The notes: generated by a model from the sequence alone, not told the origin. A DNA stretch of 64,000 nt from Octopus sinensis (GCF_006345805.1 NC_043007.1:17298001-17362000), one strand, 5' to 3'. Positions 39,700 to 54,147 are shown, numbered from the stretch's first letter. Numbers and translations are program-made.

Positions 39700-40130
39700 A
39701 TCATCATCATCATCTTTTAACGTCCGCTTTCCATGCTAGCATGGGTTGGACGATTTGACTGAGGTCTGGTGAACCAGATGGCTGCACCAGGCTTCAATCT
39801 TGATCTGGCAGAATTTCTATAGCGGGATGCCCTTCCTAACGCCAACCACTCTGAGAGTGTAGTGGGTGCTTTTTACGTGCCAGTCAGGAGGTACTGGCAA
39901 CAACCTCGCTATAATCTTTTACGCATGCCACCGGCACAGGTGCCAGTAAGGTGATGCTGGTAATGATCACGCTTGAATGGTGCCTTTTACATGCCAACGG
40001 CAAGGAGGCCAGATAGCCGCTCTGGCAGCGATCACGCTCGGATGGTGCTCTTAACATTCTACTAGCACAGGGCTCAAGTGCCAGTAAAGCGACGCTTTTA
40101 ACGATCACACTCAAATGGTGCCTTTTATGT
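39700..40130 (-). mobile_element. SINE-like family B
   Basis: Family-B match. Confidence 0.85.
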
Positions 40131-41835
40131 GCAATGAAGTAATATAAAAAACAAGGCAGAAATTTACATATTTGTGGTGATACAAAATAGGCTTTAATTT
40201 ATCTTTTATTTTTTTACTTGTTTCTCTCATAGGACTCCAACCATACTGGGGTACTGTATTGAAGGGCATAGTCGAACAGATCTACCCCAGTGTTTATCAG
40301 GGTTGCTAATGGGGTGGTCATGGCTGGAACACCTTTGATCATAGGTCTGTACAATCAGGGCTGACTTGGAACAACAACAGCTATTGGTTTTCATTTTATT
40401 CCATCCTGTCTTAGCCAGATTTCAAACAACAAACAAACATATTGTAAAATTCTTCAGTTCAGTACTTCGACTTGTGTTGTAGATTCTCTCCAAAAGAAAT
40501 ACAATGAACAAGAGTTAAATTGGTGCAAATATCTGAATTCATAGAAGCTTTAAACCTACAGTAATACTGAAGAATGGTTGTATGAGAATGAGGGAGAGAG
40601 AAAGAGAACTATTCCTCGTTACTGAGATAGTAATATATATTTAGATTGTTTGTATTCTTGGAAGAATCATCTCTCTTTCTCTCTATCTTTCTTTCTTTCT
40701 CTCTCTCTCTCATTCTTTCTCTCTTTCTTTCTGTATCGGTGATTGTTAATTCAACACATGACAAAGTAGCTTCTTCACTTTTTGACAAAATTTAAATATT
40801 CTAAGCCTGTTTTTATCTGATTTTACTTCCATAGCAACATTAATCGGATTAAGAGAAAATTTTCAGACAAAAGATTTAAGAAACAGATAGCAGCAGATTG
40901 CTGTGCAAGGTGCTTCAATATCAGATACTCAGGAGAGACAAGTAGGGAAAGACCAGATGTTTAGTGCATGTAAACATGTGCATGTATACATGTTTACATG
41001 TCTTTATCCATGTGTTTGCACATGTGTTTCTGTGCATGTGTGTCGATGTGATACTTCTGTGATATGTAAAAGAATGTAATTATATACCTGTCCTTTGATT
41101 GATCACGCTTGCTGTGGATTAATTTCCTTCGATATTATTTATACAGTGACATTATACTGCAAACAGTGTATAATGGAATCATCGCCAGACAGTTGCTAGA
41201 ATTCCGTTTGCCATTCAAAAATGAACAAGGTCCTGATGGTGATGCTGTTGTTGTTGTTGTTGTTAAGCAACAAGATGGGTAATGGTGATTAGGTGATGGT
41301 CTAAGGCTTAGGGGCGGGAGACCCCAGACCTTGGAAAAAAAAAGAAAAACTTTGGTCGTCTTGTTGTAGTCAAGGGCTCTTCGTTGACGCCCGACACCAC
41401 TGGGAGGTGGCCCTCAAAGTCACTGGAAATGGTGATCTCCAGGTCCAAATTCTTGAACAGCTGATGGTGATGCTAAACCATGTTGGTGCCTTTAAATGAA
41501 TTTACTCTGCTGCAAGAATTCAGAATAGGTCTCCAGTCCAAGGATTGTAGTTTGAAGAACAGTAACTAAGGTTCTTACCTTGAGCTCAGAAATGGCTCTG
41601 AAAAGGAAACTACTCAAAGCTCTGAGACACTCACTAATCTGATTTCTTGACCAGAATATACGATACACACAGATTCTGTCCACATGTCTGTTCTTTGTTT
41701 GAGTTCCGCCGTTTTGTTACCTGATGTCACTTCCTCTCTCACTTCTGGTGCATCACTCCCGAATGTTTACCTTCACTTCCAGCACTTTGTCTACAATCGG
41801 CATGATTACAAGTAAAACAGCAGAAGACATACTTA

Positions 41836-42155
41836 CATTCACACACACACACCCATTCTCATGTGTGCATGCACACTCAAACACACATACATTCACATGT
41901 ACACACACATACACATGTACTCATGAACATTCAAACACACATACATTTACATGCGCATGCGTGCAAAAACACACACACATTCTCTTGTGTGCATGCACAC
42001 TCAAACACACATACATTCACATGCACATGCGTACATACACACACACACACACATTCTCATGTGTGCATGCACACTCAAACACACATACGTTCACATGCAC
42101 ACACACATACACATGTACTCATGTGTGCATGCGCACACTCAAACACATATTCACA
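41836..42155. repeat. CA-rich minisatellite (CATGCACACTCAAACACACATACATTCACATG units)
   Basis: Unit recurs about five times. Confidence 0.8.
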
Positions 42156-43096
42156 AGTAAATGAGTGGAAATCAACCCGGTGAGTGTGTTAATAAGGCAT
42201 TAAAACAGAATGACTCTCCCCAGACATAATAATATATATATATATATATATATATAGTATATTTAATATATAGTATATTTAATATAACATGGTATATTTA
42301 GCATAATGTACAATTTATTTATTATATAATATATATCATGCCTGTACATCTAAAATAACATACAATATGTATCTACTGTATAGTAACATATAGCATATCA
42401 GAATATCTCTAGTATGTAGACATACTGTGTCCAGATATAGACACTGACTGGTTGGACCAATCAAAACTTTGAATTTCTTAAATTGCCTGCTTCTCCATTT
42501 TTACAATGTGTTTAACTTCATCAGAATATTCTGCTTGAATTGTATATTTTTGTGAGTTTAAAATGCAGTGACATTTATATTAGGTACAGCGTCACATAAA
42601 TGATTAATGTGTATTGGTTCTTTTAATATCAACTCCACTGACAGTCTTGGAATATTGATTTATCACATTCTCTGGAGGAAATTTTGCAGTAGAATAAGCA
42701 TTTTGAATAAAGAATTGTAATTATAATAGTGTGAGATACTTGGTTAGAATAGAGCTGATGGCAGCTATTGTTAAAAAAAAATAGTCCCTGAAGAGATATG
42801 GTTCATCTAGCTGAAGTGTTTTACTGTATATTATTAGAATTGTTTTGTTACCTCTTGAGGAATTCTGAGACCTTTCTAAATAGTAAGATTCACTGCCCAC
42901 TTTTCCATGCTTGCATGGGTCAGACAGAATTTGAGGCAAATTTCCTACAGCTAGGTGCCCTTCCTGCTGTCAACATTCATCTGATTCCAAGTAAGGTAAT
43001 AATTCAGGTTTTACACAGAGAATTAAAAATGTAAAACCTTGCTTGTATAATGATGATGCTCATTTGTAACTATCACACGACTAGATAAGGGTACAA

Positions 43097-43128
<32 letters not shown>

Positions 43129-43149
43129 ATACTGCACAAACTGGTGGTT

Positions 43150-43980
43150 GATACTTTCATCTCCTTTCCTACTGATTCTATATTTGCTGTCTGACTGAGT
43201 TTTGACAATCTTTACCTTTATCAGATTTGTTCTATTGTCTTGTCCCTGAACAGCTATAATTAATGTTTTGGTCTCTCATTTCGAGTGCCCATCCATCAAC
43301 CATAGCCAACGTTCTTTACTTCAAACATTCTCAGTTCACTGCATAAATTAGCCTTGAAATTCCATTTCTTTCCACTTGCTTATTCTGTTGTTTTTCCTTT
43401 CCTCTTTGAAGTCTCCTACTGTTTCAGTTTTTGGGTACTTCTGGCTGCCAATAGTACTCTTTCTTTTTACTTTGTACAACATAATTTTTCAGACCCAGTA
43501 TTGCAGCATCAATAGTGTCTTTTGTGTTTAGTAGTCCTCTGTTGCCTTCTTTTCTTGGTAGGTATAGTCTGTTGGAATTACTCTTAGGATGGTGTGCATT
43601 GTGAGCAGCTTTCTAGTTCTTCTATCCAGACTCTGTAACTTGACCTTTGTCCATTCCAGGAAGGGAGCAGAGTATTTATTATTTTAATGATATTCCCACC
43701 ATTTAATTTTGTTCCAGGCACCTTCCAAATTATCCTTTCATACTCTTTAGTGATTTTCTCTCTCACTCATTCTTTCCACGATCCTATTGTCTTGCAGCAC
43801 TCCTTGGTGTTTGTATCCCTAATTATTCCACAGTGATCTAATGATGTTGTCTTGTGGTAATTTCCTGCCTTTAGTGCCTACCATCCAACTGCTTTTCATA
43901 ATTAGAGCTGAACTCTTATTTATCTCAAACTGCATTCCAATATCTTTACTGAACTTTCTCATCATTTGGTCAAATAATCC
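43150..43980 (-). pseudogene. Decayed R4/Dong-clade LINE, RT C-terminal region
   Basis: FSKDIGMQF..NK....K, KITKEY.R...K...TKLNGGNIIK.INT, RLYLPRKEG.RGL, ET..LIIA.Q.Q..RTN; adjoins a (TAA)n/(TTA)n tract. Confidence 0.75.
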
Positions 43981-43982
43981 AT

Positions 43983-44058
<76 letters not shown>

Positions 44059-44060
44059 AT

Positions 44061-44585
44061 TGAGTGAGAGAACAGTGCATGCCATCAAAGTGACACTGGG
44101 GTAAAATATACAAAGCCCAGTATACCCATCATGACTACCCGTCTGATAAGGGTACACCAGGCACATGCATCACAACCATATGTGCACGGCAGGGTGATCT
44201 CATATCAAAATAAACAGCACATGACCTTGCAGGTGGGGCCCATCCTACTCAAAAGGTCCCTGAATAAGGGTTGTTTAAGGATGTTGAACAACCCACCCAT
44301 GTTTCCAAAGGTGAAATATCCAAACCTCTAAAAGTTCCTTTCAACACACAGCTATGATGCTCCCCCACTACTTCTGCTCATGATCAGAGATGCACATATC
44401 GTCAGCCACTAAAGGACATGGTCAACTGGTTAAGGTCAAGCAACTGACAAGCAAATCTGTGGTATTGAGCAGAATATTTGCTGTAGCCCATCTTTTATAC
44501 CAAGACAAAACAATGTACATGACAACACTTCCAATCAGTTAAGATCAGCAGCCATGAGAGCCACTGCCTGGTACTGCATCAGGGC

Positions 44586-44589
<4 letters not shown>
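44061..44589 (-). mobile_element. ~560-bp non-coding (TAA)n-flanked element
   Basis: Homologous to 50514-51072 and 59539-60097, with the same termini AATGCCCTGATGCAGTACC...CTCTCACTC. Confidence 0.85.
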
Positions 44590-44637
<48 letters not shown>

Positions 44638-45167
44638 GCTCAGATGATTAGAATTCTTTTTTAGTTTTGTTGTAAAGACTATGTCATTGCTGACTGGTTT
44701 AGGTCACTTGAATAACAAAACATGTCTAATTCAAATGATTTGTTACATCTCGTAGCTTCTTATTTTATTTGACCTTTCTTCTGTGACTCACAGAATCATT
44801 CACATCAGTTGGTGGACACAAACAAAATTATAATTTTATCTTTCTCTATCACGCTACAAGCCAATATTTTCTGATGTTGCTTTACAGCACACACAGTTCT
44901 CTATAAAGATCATTAATTCACTCATTCACTCATTCAGTTATTCATAGCACTTCATAACAAATACAACACACTAAAATAATTCGTAGGCTAACACTGCATT
45001 CAAAATCATATGATAATTCAAACACCGAAAAAGAAAAAAATAGCTCAATAAGCTGCTGTGATGTTCATGGGTTAGCTGGTGTTTCTCTCCAGGTTTTTGT
45101 AATGGTGGATAGCTGAGAGACATATCTGTCCCCTGCTTAAGATATTGATCTATTGTAGGTTTTTGTT

Positions 45168-45549
45168 GGCACTCTGTCGGTTACGACAACGAGGGTTCCA
45201 GTTGATCCGATCAGTGGAACAGCCTGCTCGTGAAATTAACGTGCAAGAGGCTGAGCACTCCACAGTCACGAGTACCCTTAACGTAGTTCTCGGGGAGATT
45301 CAGCATGACACAGAGTGTGACAAGGCTGGCCCTTTTGAAATACAGGTACAACAGAAACAGGAAGAAAGAGCGAGAGAAAGTTGGGGCGAAAGAGTACAGC
45401 AGGGTTCACCACCATCCTCTGCTGGAGCCTCGTGGAGCTTTTAGGTATTTTCGCTCAATAAACACACACAACGCCCGGTCTGGAAATCGAAACCACTATC
45501 CTAAGTCCGCGAGTCTGCTACCCTAACCACTGGGCCATTGCACCTCCAC
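45168..45549 (-). mobile_element. SINE family C, tail type 1, 12-bp TSD
   Basis: TSD TCTATTGTAGGT at 45149 and 45550. Confidence 0.9.
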
Positions 45550-45919
45550 TCTATTGTAGGTAACTTTTTACTATAAGAGGCATATAACATTGCATTGATT
45601 GCCAATTAACGAATCAGTTTTCGAATCAGCAGTTTATTCATTTGTTTTTAAAATCTTTTTTGATACCAACCCAACTGAGACTATCCCTGGTTCTAATGAT
45701 ATAAATGTCTCTGTTTTAAATTGATCTAAATTACAACCTTCCTTGAAAAATTTCATGTTAATCTATGTTCCAAATACCAGCTTAATAATGACAAAATTAT
45801 TTTTTTGAAATTAACTGAAACAAAAGCAGTGTATTTCAACAGTTAATTAGCAGCCACAGTAAAAGCAGCCCTTCCAATTTCTCCTAGAGTTACAATTTTG
45901 CATCACCACGCGAGCAAGT

Positions 45920-45968
45920 TTTGAAATAGGATCTGATATGATAGAAGCATATCAGATCCTATTTCAAA
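45920..45968. repeat. Perfect 21-bp inverted repeat with a 7-nt loop
   Basis: TTTGAAATAGGATCTGATATG-atagaag-CATATCAGATCCTATTTCAAA. Confidence 0.9.
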
Positions 45969-46434
45969 CACCACAGGTCTATTCATGGATGTCTTTTGCA
46001 GTTAATTAAAAAGCCTATCTTTTTTAAAATAATTGATTGTAAGTTAATGTATACATCATACTGTCACACATGTTGTATCAAGTTCACCACTAACCACTGT
46101 TTTCATAGAGACACTAAGATGAATGAGAGATAGGGAGATGAATGATAGAGATGAATGATAGAGATGAATGATGAAAGGTGGTGAGATGACTGAATGGGAG
46201 ATGGCTGGTGGAGATAAGAGTCATCATTATCATCATCATCATTTAACATCCATAATCCATGCTGGAATAGGTTGGACAGTTTGAGAAATATCCAATGGTC
46301 CCAGTGTCTGCTTTGGCATGGTTTCCATGTCTGGATGCTCTTCCTAATACCAACCACATTACTGTGTACTGGGTACTTGTTTTTTTTTGTTTTTTTTGTG
46401 CCACCAGTACTAGTGAGGTTACCATACAGCTTGC

Positions 46435-46850
46435 AGGCAAGCTGGCAGAAATGTTAGCACGCCGGGAGAAATGCGTAGCCGTATTTCGTCTGCCATTACG
46501 TTCTGAGTTCAAATTCCGCCGAGGTCGACTTTGCCTTTCATCCTTTCGGGGTCGATAAATTAAGTACCATTTATGCACAGGGGTCAATGTAATCGACTTA
46601 ATCCATTTGTCTGTCCTTGTTTGTCCTCTCTGTGTTTAGCCCCTTGTGGGTAGGAAAGAAATAGGTATTTTGTCTGCCGTTACATTCTGAGTTCAAATTT
46701 CGCCGAGGTCGACTTTGCCTTTCATCCTTTCAGGGTCAATAAATTAAGTACCAGTTACGCAATGGGGTCGATGTAATCGACTTAATCCGTTTGTCTGTCC
46801 TTGTTTGTCCCCTCTATGTTTAGCCCCTTGTGGGTAGTAAAGAAATAGGT
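46435..46850 (+). mobile_element. SINE family D with duplicated 3' half
   Basis: Head GGCAAGCTGGCAGAAATGTTAGCA; a ~185-bp body is repeated twice. Confidence 0.85.
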
Positions 46851-47569
46851 TGCCATGCAGCTTGCAAGATTACAAAACCTAAGGAAGTGGGGCAGGGCAG
46901 GGGTCTTTATGCCAGATTTAGCCCCAATATTTTACCTGGTTTATGTTCAAACAGTCAAACTCTAGTCTCTTACATCTATCTACCCGACAATGTCATTCTA
47001 AAAATATACAGTTGCAACATTGAAATCTCAAAGTTACAAGATAACGCATGATTAATTCAAAACAATTATCAATGTGAATTAATAAGGAATAAATTCGACA
47101 GAATAATCTGAATGCTAAAGGGTTAAGGTGTGAGAGGAAGGGTGAGAAAGAGCAGGTTCTTGTTGCAGAGGAGCTGCATGGCTATTCACATTAAGGGGAG
47201 AGAGAGTGAGAATGAATTAGTAGTATCTCTAAAGAGATCAACAGTGGTGATGAAGTGTTCACATGGCACCCTCAAGGTATGAGGTGAGTAAAAGTGAGTG
47301 TGGGGGGGGGGGGCACAGAAGCTAGGATTATGTAGGTGGTGGAGAGATGCAAGAGTGTATGGTGGGACAAGAGATAAGGCAATGGCAGAAATGGGAGGTT
47401 GACAGGGCATGGACAAGAGAGATGTCATATGTTTGGATAGGATGTGGGAGAGAAAAAGAAAGAGAGACAGACATAGAACCTGAGTACAGATAATTTGGTG
47501 ATGATAATAAAAATATGTTTTACTTTCATTCCTCACTGAATTTCTTAGTAACCTAAGGTTTTACCTTCA

Positions 47570-47885
47570 GTGCCGGTGACATGTAAAAGAACTGTCCGAA
47601 CGTGGTTGTTGCCAGCGCTGCCCCAACTGGCCTCCATGCCGGTAGCACATAAAAAGCACCAACCGATCGTGGCCGTTGCCAGCCTCCCCTGGCACCTGTG
47701 CCGGTGGCATGTAAAAAGTACCCACTACACTCACAAAGTGGTTGGCATTAGGAAGGGCCTCCAACTGTAGAAACACTGCCAGATCAGACTGGGCCTGGTG
47801 CAGCCTCCTGGCTTCCCAGACCCCAGTTGAACCGTCCAACCCATGCTAGCATGGAAAGCGGACGTTAAATGATGATGATGATGTT
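47570..47885 (+). mobile_element. SINE-like family B
   Basis: Family-B match. Confidence 0.85.
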
Positions 47886-48637
47886 ACCAAACCATGTCAT
47901 CTATAAAATCAAGGAGCCCCTACATATCTGCTGTTGTTAGGTTCCAACTCTGATTCAACACATCTATGATCAAAGCGACTGTCCCACCTTTTCTTTGTTT
48001 TGTCTCTTGGACAACATTATCAGCAAACGTCATATCTTTTTCATACAACAGAACACGATTTGAGGGTTGCTGGAGTCACACACATACGCTCATTCCTATA
48101 CATGTGTATGCCGATGCATTTATGCACACGGCCATACACAATCACCTACGCACAGAGATGTATACAGACTGGCGAGTTACACATACAGACAGTTATAGTT
48201 ATATATATATATATACACACTCGTAACTAAACACAAATTATGGTCGATTTACACAATATCATGCACATGCACAAACAAGCATGCAAACAATTATAAAATA
48301 ACGTGTCTGAACTCGAACACATTTGCGTACATTCCAGTAATCAATAATACACACACATTGACAACTATAAAGGACATATACAAAGATATTTGTATACACT
48401 CGTGGCTAAACACATACGCATACATATGTGCAGGCACGTTTACACACAAGGGCATACACAAACACAAACAAAACAAATAGCCAAACACTTTACACACACT
48501 CATTTATACACACCATTATACACAATAACTCACATATACATTGGCATATATATATATATATATATACAGACATGCACACACACACATATATGTATATATG
48601 TGTATGTGTATGTGTGTATGGGTGTAACTTCACTTTG

Positions 48638-48727
<90 letters not shown>

Positions 48728-48732
48728 CACAT

Positions 48733-48782
<50 letters not shown>

Positions 48783-48875
48783 ATGTATATATATATATAT
48801 ACACATACACACACATACACACACCACACACACACACATATATATATATATATACATACATACATATATGCACAT

Positions 48876-48913
<38 letters not shown>

Positions 48914-49494
48914 ACCCACACAATCTGCTGCAAGTGTATCATGCGTATCATCTTGGAAATTCTCAATGCTGTCTCACACACTTCACAATGTTTCGTTTGC
49001 TTCAAACTGAGAAAAAGTAATTACGTGAAAATGCAAAATAAATGATTAGCTGGTCAAATTACCAATTCCTCCATAAGCAGCACCAGATGTCTTATACCGA
49101 GATGCCACCACACTAACAAGAACATGGCTCGGAGCATGCTCCAGTTATCTTATTGGCTGTGATAAACAATTGATGCAGCTCTAACAATAGGAATTATCAA
49201 AATAGAAATGCTATTTTGCTTGTTTGTTTTTGCTTTTTTTACTTTTTGTTTTTGTTTTTTGTTTTTTTTCCTAACCTCTGCCAGGATTCTTGATTTAACC
49301 AAAATTAGAAGAACTTAAAACCCAGTAACTTTACTAACACCATCCGCTGCTTGGCTTCAACAGGTACAGGCTGAAATAATGCTGTACTCCTACCCCCAAC
49401 CTGTTAATCCCTATAAACCCTGTAAACAAAATACCCATTCTATGAAATTCTGTTCCCTCCATATTTTAGTTCTTTATTTTTTTTGTTTTTAGAT

Positions 49495-49892
49495 ACTCTC
49501 TCTTTACTCTCTTTACTTGTTTCAGTCGTTTGACTGCGGCCATGCTGGAGCACCGCCATTAGTCGAGCAAATCGACCCCAGGATTTATTCTTTGTAAGCC
49601 TAGTACTTATTCTATCGGTCTCTTTTGCCGAAACGCTATGTTACGAGGACGTAAACACACCAGCATCGGTTGTCAAGCAATGCTAGGGGGACAAACACAG
49701 ACACACAAACATATACACACACATACATATATATGACAGGCTTCTTTCAGTGTCCGTCTACCAAATCTACTCACAAGGCTTTGGTCGGCCCGAGGCTAAA
49801 GTAGAAGACACTTGCCCAAGGTGCCATGCAGTGGGACTGAACCCAGAACCATGTGGTTGGTAAGCAAGGTACTTACCACACAGCCACTCCTG
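49495..49892 (-). mobile_element. SINE family A
   Basis: Family-A match. Confidence 0.9.
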
Positions 49893-50335
49893 AAATTTTT
49901 CAGATGAAGGCCAGAAATTTTTTAGATAAAGGGTAAGTTGGCTTAGGGGCCCAGGGATGGAGGCCCAGCCAACTCAAGGGCTGACCCTGGTAGCACATAC
50001 TCTAGCTATGTCACTGAAGACCAGTGGTTTTCTATACATAAAAGTTGCCCCTCTCTATGTCATTGAGGTTATCTGAAAGAAAAGCAAAGGCTGATACAGT
50101 GTTATACCTATGTTGTCACAGGTGAACTCAGAACATAAAGACCTTAGAATACATACCACAAAACATCTTGTCTGACACCCAAACAGTTCTGCCAATGTCC
50201 TGCTCTTAAATGGTACTTTATTTGTTGACTCTGAAAGGATGGAAGGCAAAGTTTACCACAGCCAAATTCTTAGCAGCATTTCATCTGGTGTGCTAACAAT
50301 TCTGCCAGCTCATCACATTAATAATAATAATAATA

Positions 50336-50382
<47 letters not shown>

Positions 50383-50414
50383 GGTGGTGGTGGTGGTGGT
50401 GTGGTGGTGGTGGT

Positions 50415-50450
<36 letters not shown>

Positions 50451-50513
50451 AATAATGATAATAATAATAATAATAATAAGAATGATAATAATAATAATGA
50501 TAATAATAATAAT

Positions 50514-51072
50514 AAATGCCCTGATGCAGTACCAGGCACTGGTTCTCATGGCTTCTGATCTTAACTGATTGGAAGTGTTATCATGTGCATTGTTTTGTCT
50601 TGGTATAAAAGATGGGCTACAGCAAATATTCTGCTCAATACCACAGATTTGCTTGTCAGTTGGTTGACCTTGACCAGTTGACCATGTCCCTTAGTAACTG
50701 ATGATATATGCATCTCTGACCAAGAGCAGAAGTAGTCAGGGAGCATCATAGCCATGTGTCGAGAGGGAATCTTTGGGGTTTGAATAACTCCTTTTTGGAA
50801 ACATGGCTGTTTCGTTTAACATCCTTAAACAATCCTTATTCAGGGACCTTTTGAGCAGGATGGGCTACTTGACCTGAAGAAAATTCTAACTGGGCTCCAC
50901 CTGCAAGGTCATGCACTGATTATCTTGATATGAGATCACCATGTCGTGCACATATGATTGTGATGCATGTGCCTGGTGTACCCTTATCAGACGGGTAGTC
51001 ATGATGAGTGTACTGAGCTTCGTATATTTTACCCCAGTGTCACTTTGATGGCATACACTGCTCTCTCACTCG
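50514..51072 (+). mobile_element. ~560-bp non-coding (TAA)n-flanked element
   Basis: Homologous to 44061-44589 and 59539-60097. Confidence 0.85.
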
Positions 51073-51087
51073 ATAATAATAATAATG

Positions 51088-51132
<45 letters not shown>

Positions 51133-51149
51133 GTATTTAATCAGACATG

Positions 51150-51563
51150 GCATAGGAATCGCTGTGTGGTAAGTAGCTTGCTTCCCAACCACATGGTTCC
51201 AGGTTCAGTCCCACTACGTGGCACCTTGGGCAAGTGTCTTCTACTATAGCCTCGGGCCAACCAAAGCCTTGTGAATGGATTTGATAGATGGAAACTGAAA
51301 GAAGCTCGTCCTATATATGTATGTGTGTGTGTTTGTGTATGTGTGTGTGTGTGTATGTTTGTGTGTCCGTGTTTGTCCCCCTAACATCGCTTGACAACCG
51401 ATGCTGGTGTGTTTACGTCCCCATAACATAGCAGTTCGGCAAAAGAGACCGATAGAATAAGAACTAGGCTTCCAAAGAATAAGTCCTGGGGTCGATTTGC
51501 TCGACTAAAGACGGTGCTCCAGCATGGCCACAGTCAAATGACCGAAACAAGTAAAAGAGTAAA
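51150..51563 (+). mobile_element. SINE family A
   Basis: Family-A match. Confidence 0.9.
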
Positions 51564-51852
51564 GCGACAAACTACCAATTCTGTGATGCACAGCTTTAAA
51601 ACAGCAACAATGATAATATTTGCTTTTAACGTCAGCGCTAGGCATCACATTTGGTTTTGGTGAAGAGTGCAGAGGATTAACTTGATTCCGGTACACGACC
51701 AGTACATTATTTCATCAATTCCCCACCCAGTACTTAACTGGTATTACATTTTTATTGGCTCCAGAAAGATAAAAGGTGAAGTTGACCTTGATGAGAAAAA
51801 TAAACAATTATGATCTTTATTTCGATGAGGAGGCGTTGGATGATAATACTGC

Positions 51853-51863
51853 TGGTGGTGGTA

Positions 51864-51895
<32 letters not shown>

Positions 51896-52200
51896 GTGGT
51901 GGAGTGGTGGTGTTGGAGGTGGTGGTGGTGGTGGTGGTGGTGGTGGTGATAGTGGTGGTAGTGGTGGTAGTGGTGGTGGTGGTGGTGGTGGTTTGGTGGT
52001 GGTTTGGTGGTGGTGGTTGTAATGGTGGTGGTGGTGATGGTGGTGGTGATGGTGGTGGTGGTGGTTTTGGTGGTGGTGGTGGTTTGGTGGTGGTGGTTGT
52101 AATGGTGGTGGTGGTGGTGGTGGTGGTGGTGATGGTGGTGATGGTGTTGGTGGTGGCGGCGGTGATATTAGTGATGACGATGGTGGTGACAATGATGATG
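51853..52200. repeat. (GGT)n microsatellite
   Basis: Directly visible. Confidence 0.95.
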
Positions 52201-52657
52201 GAAAAGAGGAGGAGGGCGGTGATTACGCTCCTCCGATCTTAAGTGAGTATGTAATCATGTCGCTAGCATCTAATTAAGTAAGTTCATTAGTTGACCGACC
52301 GTTTTTATCGTCAGCGTCTAATGATCCATTTCAAACAGGCTTACTTACTCCTGCCGCTCTTTCTGTGTATCTTGAAACAGATAAACTCTCTGTATACACA
52401 CTGTCAGTGTGCCAACAAGGCTAATACACTTTGCTGTTTGTTTAATACCTGCACTATCTACACAACACACTCACCACATGCTCCGATTATTATTGTTGTT
52501 GGTGGTGGTCGTGGTTGTCGTGGTGCTTTTGATGTGGCTGTTGTTGTGGTTGCAATTATTTTTTTCATCGAAAGCTAAACATACCTTCTTCTTAGTGTTG
52601 CTCATCAATCTACAAAAGTCATCAGCACTTATTAACACCTATAATCTGATCAGGTAG

Positions 52658-52712
<55 letters not shown>

Positions 52713-52917
52713 ACACACCTGAGTGATTACAAAAATTGGACTGCAAATCCGCAAAAGACCATCAGATGAAGTGAGCATGTTCTTCTACGTCATCTACATA
52801 ACTTCCAGTCAGTCTTGCTGAAAATCAGTGGCACACCTATAACATGGTTGAGTGAAAGAGCTTTCAGGTGTAACGAAATACCTCTGCTTGCTTCTTAATG
52901 CAAAAATATGGAAATTT

Positions 52918-53148
52918 ATTTCTTTACTACCCACAAGGGGCTAAACATAGAGGGGACAAACAAGGACAGACAAACGGATTAAGTCAATTACATCTACCCC
53001 AGTGCATAACTGGTACTTAATTTATCGACCCCGAAAGGATGAAAGGCAAAGTCGACCTCAGCAGAATTTGAACTCAGAATGTAACAGCAGACGAAATATG
53101 GCTATGCATTTCACCCGGCGTGCTAACATTTCTGCCAGCTCGCCACCT
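52918..53148 (-). mobile_element. SINE family D, monomer, 15-bp TSD
   Basis: AAAAATATGGAAATT on both sides. Confidence 0.9.
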
Positions 53149-53259
53149 TGAAAAAATATGGAAATTATGAAACCATCCAGTGTAGGATTCTATTTAGTTT
53201 TGTGTAGTCCGGAATTACACCTGGTTTTGGTGTTTGTGGTCTTTTTTTCCCCTCATTCT

Positions 53260-53613
53260 TTTATCTTTTACTTGTTTCAGTCATTGGACTGTGGTCATGC
53301 TGGGGCACCCCCTTGAAGCGTTTAGTTGAACAAATCACCTTCACTAATTATTTTTATGTCAGGTATTTATTCTGTTGGTCTCTTTTGTTCAACTTCTAAG
53401 TTATGGGGATGTAAACAAACCAGCACTGGTTGTCAAATGGTGGATTGGGGTGGGGTGACAAGCTCATGCACAAAGACATGCACACACTTACACACACACA
53501 CACACACACGCACACTCGCTTCCACATAAATTCTTGGGGTGAGGTGACAAACTCAGGCACAAAGATATGCACGCACACACACACATACACACATGCACAC
53601 ACACATGCACACA

Positions 53614-53663
<50 letters not shown>

Positions 53664-53835
53664 CACACACAACAGGCTTCCACATAATTTCTACATACCA
53701 AATCCACTCACAAGACATTGATCAACCCAAGAGGCTATAGTAGAAGGCACCTACCCGAGGTGTCATGCAGTTGGACTGAACCTGAAACCATGTGGTTGCA
53801 AAGTGAGCTTCTGAACCACACAGCCATACCTGCGC
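53260..53835 (-). mobile_element. Older diverged SINE family A
   Basis: Colinear with family A, with an expanded internal (CA)n. Confidence 0.75.
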
Positions 53836-54147
53836 CTTTAAAATACCTTTAGTAAAGTCCACTCTGTCGCAAGCATTGAAACTGGTCTCTGGATTGAAGT
53901 TAACTTCATCACTTCCTGCCGCTAGTCTTGAAGATCCTGGAAAGGACCAGAGGTGTTCCCTTGCCCCTTTTCCTTCTCTGATATTTAATATAATTCAAGA
54001 TGTTCAGTATGTTTATTTATACAATGAATGACGTTTTTATATAGAAATTATATATATATATATAATTATATATATATATCAGCGGTGGTGCCCCAGCATG
54101 GCCGCGGCCTTCGGGCTAAAACAATTTTAAGGATTTAAGGATTTATA

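Noticed and set aside
41100-41475. Minus-strand coding exon (HHHQLFKNLDLEITISSDFEG...)
   Set aside because: It is bounded by stops, has no recognisable homology, and stays open further only if the poly-A run at ~41335 is miscalled.
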